Positions 52,401 through 64,000 of a stretch of DNA of 64,000 nt are shown in pieces. The translations under genes were made by a program, and so were the position numbers. Under the pieces are notes generated by a model. That model searched no databases. It saw only the letters and a program-made list of their open reading frames with translations, and was not told the origin of the DNA. The stretch's first letter is position 1. Every line of letters starts with the position of its first letter. Source of the DNA: Camelus dromedarius (lineage: Eukaryota); the NCBI RefSeq assembly GCF_036321535.1, contig NC_087437.1:65970001-66034000 (forward strand), written 5' to 3'.

Positions 52401-55400
52401 TCTCTACCTCAGTGGATTCTTTCCCTTGGAGGAATGTATTTCAGGGGCTATCTAAATTCAGAAGAGCCCAGGCCAAAAGGGGTGGAGAGGAGAACCCACA
52501 GCTCTTAGCCTGTATCCATATCTTTTTTGCCTTCCACCACCAAAGCAGGGGAATAAATCCTACATTCCACTCAGAAGTCCAAAGAATGTGAATTCTACTT
52601 GGTTCGGAGCTTGGGGAGCCTAGGGAGGTGGAGGGCTGGCTTGCTCAGGATGGAGTGCCGGGAATGTGTGGGGATGTTGGTCCAGATGTGGCCGGCACTG
52701 CAGGGGACATTTCTAAAACTGGCTCTCGGAATTCTCCCACAGCTGCCCTAGAGCTGTCTCCCCTCGTTAGTTGAGGGAATTGGGATTTAGGTGTGTGGGT
52801 TGTTTTGTTTTTTTTTTTTAACTTTTAATCAACCGTTTTCCTTGAACTACATGTGGAAATAATTAGAGCATGAATGCTGAGTAAATGTGAGTCCTGGCAG
52901 TCGCAGACATACTTCAGTGACAGGTTCTTGGCAGGAATGAAGAATTGTGAATCTCGTGTGAAGCTCCTTTAGCCACTCTCTCCCTTCTTTTCTTCCCCTT
53001 TTTTCTTATAAGGCAAACACAAATAGAAATAAAAACATTATTAATGGCATTTGAGGGGAGTAGAGGGTTCCAACCAGTTAACTAAGAGTGAAATCAGGCC
53101 ACTCAGTTGGGGTCCCATTACTGCTCCCCTGATTTCCTCTGCTATGATCCAGGAGGGAATGAAAAAGCATTGGTTATGAAAATCCTTTGACTATGGAAGC
53201 CAATTTTTATTCCCCTACCAAAGCCCAGCAAAAACCCTGAAACACCCTCAAGAGGGTCTATACATAACCGGTATCTTTAGTTTGGGCATGTGGGTTTGTT
53301 TCCTTGGGAGATTAAAGTTTGATATTCAGAAACATCAGAAATGGTAAATTTCTATGCTTACTAGTTAAGAGAATTCTAACAAATTAAGGGAATTTGAGAT
53401 CATCAAGAACCTTTTCGTTTTATAGGTGGAGAAACTGAGGCCCAGAGAGGTCAAGCACCTTGCCCTGTCACACAGTGTGTTAAAGGCAGAGATATGTCCA
53501 GGGCCTGTCTCCAGGATTCTGCATCAGTTCTCTTTACATGGGAACCTCACTGCCTCTGCCTGGTCTGCCCGCTGGGTTACTGGTTCACATTTTAGCAGAG
53601 ATTTAAAAGCTCTTTTTTTTTTGGAGGGTGGGGTCTGTTTCTTCCCAACATTTGCCAAAGCATTTCTCATACAGTGCCATTCATCATCCATTCCTTGGAA
53701 CTCTCTAGACTTCTTGGTTTTGCTCCCAGTTTTCTGAATACGCCTGCTCTGCTTTTTTGGCTGCTTTGCCATCAGAGTCCTCATAGGGTTGTACAGGCTG
53801 TTCACTGCACAAGGAGGTGAGGGGGGCACTAAAATCCAGCCTGCACTCTGCTTGCCAAGCCCTGTAACCCGGCCTGGTCTTGCATCTGCCCAGAGAAAAA
53901 GACGCGTTTTCAGATTTGCACAAGGACCCCTTGTGCAACCTGCTCTCCTTCCTGCTCCTCTGTGACCATCTTGTCCCTTTCTCTCAGTTGCCCTCAGCCC
54001 TCCATTCCCACCCTTCCCTCCTGAGCTCATTTGTCCTCATCATCTACACAGATGATGTCCAGGTGTGCATCTCTAGTCCTTTATTTTCAACTGTCAGTGG
54101 GATGTTTTACTGTCTCTTTAGACTTATGTCCATAACAGAGTCATCATCGCCTGCCCCTCTTTCATTCAGCCCCTTCCCATGGCTCCATCTCTGACAGACG
54201 CACCAGCAGCCTTCCAGACCCTCAAAGCCAAAGAAAGATCTTGGCAGCTCCCTGGATTCCCTCCTTCCTCTCCTCTGTCCAATGTGTTGCCAGATCTCCT
54301 TGTTCTTTAGAAGTTTCTCTTGGATTCCTTCCTTTCTCTGTATCCATGTCACCACTTTCCATGAGACTCTCATCACCCTAGACTCTTCTAGCTGGTTTCC
54401 TTGTGACCCCAGTTCCTCCTCACCTATCTCTTCCCATGTTCCACAGCCAAACTGTTCTTAAAACCCTCCTGCTCAAAAACCTGCAAGTTTTCTGTCCAGG
54501 TCCTACCATTGTTCAGGGCTCAGCTCAAGTCCCATCTCGTCCAGGAAGCGCATCTCCTAGAGTCAGCCGCGTTTACTTCAGGACTACATTGGACTGTGTG
54601 TGTTAGTTTCACCTCCTGCACTAGGCTAGAAGTTCCTGTGAGGGCAGAGGCCACAACCCATATTCAAGAGTGTATGCCATGGGGCTTGTACCGTGTTGGT
54701 CACAGGCTGCTATCCTTCTTGTTTGTTGTTCTGGGCATTATGAAATATGCTTTCTGATGAGTTTAAACCCCTTGCCTTGGCCTTCACTGAAGAAGACTGG
54801 AGGACTGTTCATACCCTCTACTTTGTCCTTTAAAGTGGACAAGTCTCAGGCAGATGGTGGGAAAACAGAAAATGAGTACCATGCTCAAGCCTAACAGACT
54901 AATTCAGAATGGAAAGCAGTCTGGCTTCAAAGTTTCCATTCAGGGTTCTGAAGAAACTGAAGGGTGAAATTGTGAAACTAGAAGACTTACAGCATTCTTT
55001 AGGAAGACTGACAGGCTATCTCAGGAATTCCCAGGGATCACTCTGAGGACTGTAGACAGAGAGTGGGGAGCTGATAGCCTCTGTCAGTCAGAGTGAAGTC
55101 TTCAGATGTGCCTGAGTCGGGGAGACAGCATGGCACGCCGGGTAGACACCCCAACTCACTGCTGTGGACCCATGACCTGAAGATATAAGAGCAGAAGTGC
55201 TTTCTCAGGGGCTGCAGGCAGAGCCCACTGGCTTGACTCTAACCTCAGTCACAGTACTTGGAGTCACAGTCTCCTCGCTGCCAGCAGGGATGAGTTCTCC
55301 GGCCTCATAGACCCTTCTGAGATTATTTTCAGTCCTATGTGAAGGGGTCTAATATATTTCTGACTCTACGTGCATACTAAATGCTGCTATTTACTTATGC

Positions 55401-56167
55401 TATGATTGCACAAGACCATTGCAGGAAACTGAACCTACGATTACATAGAAACCAAGCATCCAGTCTGCAGTGCTGTATCTGGGTCACCTCAAGAAAGACC
55501 TAACGTGGAGAGGGAGGCATCTGAAAGATGGCAGATGAGCAACTGAGAAGGTGAAATGGCTTCCATATGAAGATGGCAGTGTAGATCCTTCAGTCTGACA
55601 AGGCAAACACCTAGAGAATATAACAGAATCTGTAAAATAATAAAGACAGTGATTAAGGTAAACAGCCATGTCTCATTTGAAATTTGGAAGTAGTCACTTC
55701 CCAGCACACAATACATTATCACATAATGAGTAGAAAAATGTGTTATCCCATACACTGTGGTAGAGGCTGAACACAGAGAAATTAATACAGTGAAAAATTA
55801 GATAATTCTTGAATGACAGGTCCTTAATAGTTTTTTTTAATCTTAAGGCCTATCCTCTTGGGGTGATGCAGCCTTTATGTTAATATCATAAAGCTCTGCC
55901 ACACCTTCCCCCAAGCATCCTGGTGCCTTGTCACTGGCCACTGACACTGACACTAACCTGAATGAACCCCAGATGACACAATGTAAAAAACATTTATTGA
56001 GCATTTTTTTCAGGCAGGACAACGTGGTGGGTCTGTGGGAAGGCAAAGTGTGCAGGCACTTAGTCTACCTGAGATGAGCTATATGTGCATAAAATATTAA
56101 ATAGGACTCTGAATAATAGACTAAAGGCCCCAAAGCCTGCTTGTTTTTAAAGAAAATGTATGTAAGA

Positions 56168-56344
56168 TGGAGCGTTAGATTGACTGAGAAGCTAATTTAG
56201 CTTCAGTTTCAGACCTTTTACTTGCAAGTCCCCTTCCAAAGCCCTGTGCCCTATTTTGCAGTCATAGGTATATGTTCTTTTTCTTCAGGAGGGCGCCTCC
56301 AATTGTTTAAGCTTCAGGCCCCACAAAACCTGGATCTGGCCCTG
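56168..56344. mobile_element. MER53-like hAT DNA transposon
   Basis: Terminus AAGCTTCAGGCCCCACAAAACCTGGATCTGGCCCTG. Confidence 0.7.
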
Positions 56345-59219
56345 GTGCCTAAACCTTGAGATGAAAGATTGGTCGTGAGCACACAAGAGGGAGGGACACT
56401 GTCCCTGCAAATGCAGTGCCTACTGCCAAGCACATCAGAGCAACTGTTAGAAGTCACGACTTCTTCCTTCTTTCCTAGAATATATAGGACACAGCAACAC
56501 ATTTTTTTCAAAGAAAGAGAATCAGAGAGAATCGAGCAAGGTCATGTGATGCTCCAGTTAGTGGCTTTGCCTCCTCCCTGATTTTCTCAGGCCTGTGCTA
56601 CTGGGTTCCATTCCAGAACAGCCACTTGGGAGCAGCCAGCCTCCCACCCTGCACTCCTCCCTGGTCTCCTCCTGCTCTCCCCAGTTCTGTGAATTCCTTT
56701 GTCCCCAACTCTATGGTGCTCTGCATATCTGAGGGGCCCTGGTGTTCCTGTGAAGTTTCCATGACTAATTCTGGTGAAGCAAGGAGAGCCTTTCTCACGT
56801 CAACAAAGCTGCTCTGTCACAGAATAGTGGAAAGTGGAGCCAAAATTCCACCTTGGCGTATGCAGGGCTGTTTTTTTTTCCGAAAAGAAAGTTGGGAAGG
56901 AGGAAAAGGATGGAGGGGACAGAGCCGACCCAGTTCCCATTAGTGAAATGATGGTATATTAAGCTGACAGTTTTATGGCTTTGCTTATAAGCTTCCTCCC
57001 CTGCCAAAGCACACTGTTCTTCCAGAAATTGTTTTACTTCAGAAGACTTTTTTTAAACATTCAAAGCATATTTTATGTTCAGACTTAATGCTGGTCAGCC
57101 CAGACACGCTATCACCTCTACTGGTGGTTTTGCAAATAACTTGCTTTTCCCTTTGCTTGCAAAGGATCTCTTTCAATTGCAAAAATACTTTCTGGTTTTT
57201 TTAGATCTTGGATCCAAGACAACACCTTTTTTAGCTTTGATTTATAAAGAGGCAAAGTGATTTACTGGAAAGAGGGCTGGAATTAAAGTCTGGAGACCTT
57301 GGGCCAGGACCCAGCTCTGTACCCATAAGGTCTTGAACCAGTCAATACAGCTATGAGCCTTCATTTCTTTCTCATTACAGGGTGTTAGATCTGGAGGGGC
57401 CTTAGAGGTAACCCCTGCCTGCCTATCCTAAAACGTTTTGAGAATAAAAATGATAGTAAAAATTACAGACTAATCAAAATTGCTGTACAAATGGAAAGTA
57501 TCATTATCACTATGCAATGGCTCAGAGAGGAAGTTTTTCCCTGGTAAAAGTCAGCAGTGTTCCCGGTCATCTTTTACCAAGAGGAATTTGCATTGCGAAA
57601 ATTAATCATGAGACCAAACCCCTGAGCGTGGCTTGCAACACATAATGAAAACAACATAAAAGCAAGTCAAGGATACAGAAGGATAAAGCTTCTCCATAGG
57701 GAGCAAGTATTTTGTCTATTTGTCTCAATATATCAGAGTGTCCACACTTCCAGAACACACTCCCTCTCCCCACTCAACCACACTCTCACAGGTACATTCA
57801 TACTTACGGGTTCATATACTTGTAACCACATACTCCTAGAGAATATTCATATGCCAGTGTGGGTCTATGCATGGATAAAATTCTTATACAGCCTTGGGAC
57901 CTAATTCCTAAAATTGTTATGATGGTAAAGCAAACAGTTCTGTTTCAATTGCAAGAACTGCACTGCATCTGTGACCTCCCCCTGTGCCAGTCCTTGTAGC
58001 TGTAACACCCCCCCCCCCAGCTCATTCCCTTGACTCTTCCCCAGAAGGCACTGTCGAGGCTCTGGGGTCAGGCTGACCTGTGTTCTAATCATGGCTCAGC
58101 TTTTGCTAGCTATGTGGCCTCTGCACATCACAGAGCTTTTCTGAATCTTAAATTCCTCCTTATCTGTTACATGGGACTAAAAATATGGAAAGCTACACAG
58201 ACATGAGGACAGAGATATCTGTGAAGAGCCTCACTCAGTTGTAGGTGCTCTGATTAATATTAGCCCTAGGCCCTGGTCACCCCCTTCCCCACAAGATCGC
58301 TGCCTTACACCTGGCAGGTTTCTCTGCCTTCAGCCCCTCTCCATCCAGGCTGTCCTGCACTTTGAATCAGTATTTCCAAGCTGGAAGGGACCAGACACAG
58401 TATTCCAAAGCATCACCTTCATCGTGTCACCTGCCCCATCCCAAACTTCCCAAGGTTTTCACTGCCCGTCAGATCCACGGAGAGCCTCCTGAATCACTTG
58501 GCAAGACCCATGCCCTCCTCCCTGGCCACCTGCCACTCCACCTCATCTTTCTCTTCCTCACCATGCCCCCCTCCACTCACACACCAGGCAGTCATTGCCC
58601 TGTCCCATGAGCATATTCATGTCATGTTTACCCCCTCATGCAATGTTCTCCATGGGGCTTGGAGAAGACTTTCAGTGACACAAAGAGGCCCCCCTCTGTA
58701 GAAAATTTTCTTCATTATTGATTTCTGTGTTACAGCATGCTGCAAACGGGCAGAATCGCACAGGGAGAGGAGGGGTGCTCTGAGGGCTTCAGGTTAGACA
58801 TTTTTCCCCAAGTCAGCAAATCTCTGGTTCCTGGTGCCCTGATGCCTGCAGGGCACCTGCCCCTTCTACCACTCCACCCCACCTTCACCATATCTCACTG
58901 AGAGGACAGAGCTGGGAGGAGCTGCAGGAGCCAAAGATGTGCTTCTGCATTGCAGCTCTGGGCTTCACAAGACGAAGAGAGGGATTGCCACCTATTGACA
59001 GATGTGCCGCCTGCAAAGAGGAATGCTTGTGTATGTAGCATTTCTCTGTGGTCTTCAAACAGGATAACCCGGTTGTTAGGCACTTGGGTTTTTTTCCATT
59101 CAGTCAGTCCTGCTCTCAGTATTATCATTCCAGTGTAAGGAAGGATGGGTGGGGACTTGACAGCCCAAGTTGATAACGGCATCTCAGGGGGTAAATTGTC
59201 TGAAAATCAGTTGCCCACT

Positions 59220-60295
59220 GTAATAATGGCCACTTTCTGTTGTGAGGCAGACCCTCTGTTGCATGCAGTCCGTCTCATGTAACTCTCACGCAGACCATGC
59301 AGGGATCAGTGTTCCTATTTTACACACTAGAAAACTGAGGTTTAAAGTGAGTACCCTGCCCACATGGCAAGGAAGAAGCAGAGGTGGGAGGTGGGAGTCA
59401 AGTCTGTCTGTCATACTCTTAAGTACTATCTCCCAACATTTGCTGATTATGCAAGTCAAATCCCTATCATAATTTCCTTAACCCTCAATCTTCTATATGT
59501 GAAAATAAGTCAAGTATAAAAGAATACTTTCCCCTTTGGTCAGGCAGAGTCCCAGCTCTGCTGCTTTCTGCTAAGTAACCTCTTAGGCTCAGTTCCCTCG
59601 TCGGTAGAAACGAGAGATGGCTCTGATGTCTCGTTTCTGGTTGTCCTTGAGCTTAAGCGCATGTATAATGAAAACCACTTTGCAGGGTTCCACATATTTA
59701 TAAACAGGAGCTTAATCATCTATTGTCTGAAGATCTGGGGAATCCTAGCCCCTCACTTTTAGCCGTCGGACCTTGGGCAGTTTACTTGACCTTCCCATCT
59801 TCGGTTTCCTCGTCTATAAAAAGGGGTTAATAATATGCATGTTTTTGCAGGGTTGTCCGAAGTAAGATGAAACTGTGTGTGTGAAAACACTTTGTAAATG
59901 TTAATAGTGCTGTTCAAACATTAGTCCCTATATTTTAAGTAAAGAGTATCTGTTCCTTCAAATGAATTTTTGAGAATTGTTTCTGAAAAGTGACTTGGGT
60001 TGAATTCGACCTATAAATAAAATCTTTTATTTTTAATACTCAGTAAAAACAAACGTTAACTGAAAAAGAAGTTCTGTAAATGCCATAGGTTATTCTGCAG
60101 GGAACCCTATAAACGTTAACATGAATAACACTTCACAGGCAGCTTGCTTATAGTTTATGACACAATTCCAAAGACATTATCTCATTTCTCCTTCACAAGG
60201 CAGGGCTGATATTTACTCATATTTTACAGATGAGGAAACCAAGGCTCAGAGAATTAAAGTGATTAATTACAGACACACAGCTAATAAGTAGTAAA
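59220..60295. mobile_element. Cluster of MIR remnants
   Basis: Repeated MIR cores, e.g. ATTTTACAGATGAGGAAACCAAGGCTCAGAGA (~60221) and ACCTTGGGCAGTTTACTTGACCT (~59770). Confidence 0.7.
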
Positions 60296-62117
60296 GGTTT
60301 GTGGGTATCTGTCCATGGGGCTGTGTGTTGGTGTGTCTCTGAGGGTAGGCATTCTGAGCATGTTTTTTTAATGCATTAGTGTATCTTTTACTCATGTGAT
60401 ACATTCATGAGGGGTATATGTTTGCCTGTATCCCTCAGTTAGCATGTGTTTTCATGAAGGGAAGAGAAGAAGGTAGTCTTACCTGAGATTTTTTTTTTTA
60501 CACTGGTCAGCAATAGCCTTTTTCTCTTCATTTTTAGAACAGCTTGCCATTCCCAGGGACAGTTTCCAAGAGAGCCCTGCCTGGAGAATATGCTCAATTT
60601 TTATCTCCACTCCTGGTTTAGGAAACAACAGCTCTCTAGTACCCCTGGCCTCTGGGAATTACTTCCTCTTTTATTTGCTGCCTGCCAGCTTTATTGAATT
60701 CCCCATAGCAACATCCAAAAAAGAATGGGTTTAGCAACAGCCTGTGAACCAATGAAATGTGAGCATGGCAAGGGTTTCTAGACCAATGGGAGCCCTGCAT
60801 GAAGGGCAAGCTGGCTCAGAGAGAAAATAATAACCTGGAGTTTGCAAAGCAGCCTCCAGGTGGCAGCAGACCAGCTATATTGGACACAGACCCTCAGCTC
60901 AGCTCTCAACATCTACTTTGGTTTTTTGGGGTTTTTTTCGTTTTTGTTTTTGTTTTTGTTTTTGTTTTGCTTTCTTTGACCTATTCTTGGGTATAAAACA
61001 TTTACCAACTATAAGAATTTTACAGTTACAAGCTCTGTGGGTGTGAGTTCTCTGCATGACGTGGTAGACATGGCCTGAAGGATAGAATCTAAGATAGCCA
61101 GCCCTATGACCCCATCCCAGCCCCAACCATCTCTGTTGGTTCTGTCACAGCAGTGACAGTGACAGTGCTACCCCAGTGGGCGGGAGCCTGGAGGCCATGG
61201 TGACTGCCTGCCCAGCCAGTTAGGAAAAGGGCTAGAGGAATCACATTCTCCTTCATTCAACCACCACTACTGCTGGCCAGAGTGGCAGATGAGGTGGGGC
61301 TGGCTTTCTGCCACCAATGAACGAGGGAAGGACTGTGTCACTGACAGATTAGTGCCCATAAACACCCACATTCTCAGTGGCATAGACTGGGACCATTCCC
61401 TGCCTTGCCAGTTCTGCCGCATACATCTGAACACAAATGTCTGACCGCAAGTGGTTTCAGAACAGTTCTGTCTGTCAGGTGCTTTGGCCCCCTTGGTCTT
61501 GGAGCCAAAGGCAGATATGGACAGGGGCTGAATAAGACCATGTCAAATAATAGCAGATTCATGTTTCCGATGGTTTAGCCATCTTTCTTTTGCCTTTTAA
61601 GATAATAGTGCCTTGAATACTACTTGGTGAGATTTTGTCCATTTCTGCCTGGCTCACCCTTCTCATCCTTTGAGATTCAGTCAAGGCATCCTACCTTTAG
61701 AAAGTCTCATTTGATTCTCATCCTCCAGCTCGACGGTGCTCCTGTCGTCACACTTCCATATTGCTTTCTAAACATCTCTTCACTGTGTTTCCTCGGAGAG
61801 TCTTGGAGCTCCTTGTGGACTGGGACTGTGTCTTTCTGTCTCCAGTCCTTAGCCAAGAGTTGACATTTAATGGGTGCTCAATAAACATTTTTAGAAGAAG
61901 GGAAGCATGCAGGAAAGAAGCTCTTGCTCTTGAAGAAACAAACTTAGGGACCACTAGGTAGTGGGCCTAAGCAGGAGCAGTGCTGGCCGTCAGGGACAGC
62001 TTCTGGCTATTCAGGACCCTTCAGGACATAAGCCACATCTCCAGAACACCACCATTGGCTCATCCGGAGATGGGCTCATCTCAGTGACAAGGTTTCCTTT
62101 ATGATTTTGTGTTTTAG

Positions 62118-62222
62118 GAAGAACTAAGGAGCAAATCCAAGATCTGTGCCAATGTGTTTTGTGGAGCCGGCCGGGAATGTGCAGTCACAGAGAAGGGAGA
62201 GCCCACCTGCCTGTGCATCGAG
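62118..62222 (+). CDS. FSTL1: Follistatin-like 1, exon 3 ([35 protein letters not shown], follistatin N-terminal module)
   Basis: TTTTAG acceptor, 105 nt in phase 0 matching FSTL1 residues after the signal peptide, and donor GAG|GTAAGT. Not shown in the ORF track. Confidence 0.97.
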
Positions 62223-62433
62223 GTAAGTCCTGAAGTCACAAGCCAGAGGACAGTGGCCAAGGCCCATATGGTTACCTTGCTGGAGCTACCAGTCAGCAGA
62301 GCAGAACCAACGATTTCACCATCTTTATAAAAGCACACCTTGTCTATCTAAAAGAAGTAAAATTTTTATCTCAGGAATGAAAAATCAGATGTGAATGTAA
62401 GGATATTTTTCCTTTAAAATTTTTTTTTCTTTA

Positions 62434-63450
62434 GATGAGACTGACAAGGGCTTGATTTCCAGAAAATATAAATAGCTCATATGACTTAATAAGAAAAAAA
62501 AAAACCCAATCCAAAAATGGGCAGAAGACCTAATTAAGGAATTCTCCAATGAAGACATACGCATGACCAATAGGCACATGAAAAAATGCTCAATATCACT
62601 AATTATCAGAGAAATGCAAATCAAAACTACAATGAGGTATCATCTCACACCAGTCAGTATGGCCATCATTCAAAAATCCACAAATGATATATGCTGGAGA
62701 GGCTATGGAGAAAAGGGAACCCTCCTACACTGTTGGTGGGAATGCAGTTTGGTGCAGCCATCGTGGAAAACAGTATGGAGGTTCCTCAAAAGACTAAAAA
62801 TAGACTTACCATATGACCTAGCAATCCCACTCCTGGGCATATATCCAGAGGGAACCTTAATTCAAAAAGACACCTGCACCCCAGTGTTCATAGCAGCACT
62901 ATTTACAATAGCCAAGACATGGAAACAACCTAAATGTCCATCGACAGATGACTGGATAAAGAAGTTGTGTTATATTTATACAACGGAATACTACTCAGCC
63001 ATAAAAAATGATAAAATAATGCCATTTGCAGCAACATGGATGACCCTGGAGAATGTCATTCTAAGTGATATGAGCCAGAAAGAGAAGGAAAAATACCATA
63101 TGGTATCACTCATATGTGGCATCTAAAAAAAAAAAAGACAAGTGAACTTATATACAAAACAGAAACAGACTCACAGACATAGAATACAGACTTGTGGTTG
63201 CCACAGGGGAGCGGGGTGGGAAGGGATAAACTGGGAGTTCTAGATTTGCAGATACTGACTGATATATGTATAAAACAGATAAACAAGTTTATACTGTATA
63301 GCACAGGGAAATATATTCAATCTTGCAGTAGCTTATGGTGAAAAAGAATATGAAAATGAATATATGTATATTCATGTATGACTGAAGCACTGTGCTGTAC
63401 ACCAGAAACTGACACAAGATTGTAAACTGACTATACCTCAATTAAAAAAA
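62434..63450 (+). mobile_element. 5'-truncated young LINE-1 (ORF2 C-terminus, 3' UTR, A tail) in FSTL1 intron 3
   Basis: ORF 62563-63126 encodes the L1 ORF2 C-terminus ([52 protein letters not shown]), still open for 187 codons. Confidence 0.95.
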
Positions 63451-63698
63451 TTTTTTTAATTTTTTTGCTTTATAAGATTTTTAAATTACAAAATTAACAA
63501 TTGCTTTATAAAAGTCAAGTAGTACAGACATTTATACAAACATAAAGTTAATGATCTTCCCCATAAGCCTCAAATCCCATGAGTCTGAGATAATCAGTGT
63601 TAACAGTTTGGTATATGTATTTGTTCCACGTGTTTTCTTTTTTTCTATGCTACTATGAACATACAAGGTTTCCCCCTATTTTATGTAAAAATTGGATT

Positions 63699-63772
63699 GG
63701 GGTTGGAGTATAGCTCAGTCATGCACGAGGTCCTAGGTTCAATCCTCAGTATCTCAATTTTAAAAAATCATC
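63699..63772 (+). mobile_element. tRNA-derived SINE (Vic-1-like, camelid), internally deleted
   Basis: GGGGTTGGAGTATAGCTCAGT-CATGCACGAGGTCCTAGGTTCAATCCTCAGTA, with B box GGTTCAATCC and TSD TGTAAAAAT(T/G)GGATT at 63684-63698 and 63773-63787. Confidence 0.75.
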
Positions 63773-64000
63773 TGTAAAAATGGGATTATATATACAGACA
63801 GACCTAGATAAATGCATCTTGGATTTTGTACTCATTAATATATTACGGGTAATCCTCTAGGTCAGCACATATAGTTCTAATTTATTTTTTAATAGTTCAA
63901 TAATATTGATATAAAAGCACCAGATTTATGTAATCATTTTCCTATCAATGGGCCTTTAGGTTGTTTCATGGGTTGTTTACCACTACAAACAAAAATATCC

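Noticed and set aside
53426..54376. Cluster of 100-168 aa ORFs in intron 2
   Set aside because: There is no recognisable homology, and they partly overlap MIR/L2-like remnants, consistent with chance ORFs.
62563..63126. 187-aa ORF as a host gene
   Set aside because: It is the C-terminus of L1 ORF2 in a 5'-truncated element.
63699..63756. Possible tRNA gene
   Set aside because: The D-arm region is deleted, no cloverleaf is possible, and the A-rich tail and TSD indicate a SINE.

Overview
Mammalian genomic DNA, not prokaryotic. It is probably camelid, based on a Vic-1-like tRNA-derived SINE and the style of the young L1 3' end. The only functional protein-coding gene I can support is the 5' part of FSTL1 (follistatin-like 1, + strand). 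It comprises a CpG-island promoter at ~27.8-29.4 kb, exon 1 ending in an ATG at 28834, exon 2 (28994-29050, signal peptide), a 33-kb intron 2 and exon 3 (62118-62222, follistatin N-terminal module), and the gene continues past the window. The first 6.2 kb hold two processed pseudogenes with polyA signals and target-site duplications (TSDs): CDK2AP1 (+, inserted into an old L1) and ARF1 (-). The rest is mostly interspersed repeats (L1, L2, MIR, MLT1/MLT2/MER68 LTRs, MER20/MER5/MER33/MER53). Repeat family names are from recall of consensus sequences and boundaries are approximate. Most ORFs in the supplied track are spurious. I found no convincing wholly new biological system. The best leads are a stop-free, in-frame 159-nt FSTL1 intron 1 behind an exon-1 ATG, two unexpectedly similar L1MC1-type insertions each with its own TSD, two old local duplications, a very long CA/CT promoter microsatellite, and an RFX/NF-Y/CTCF motif cluster in intron 2.
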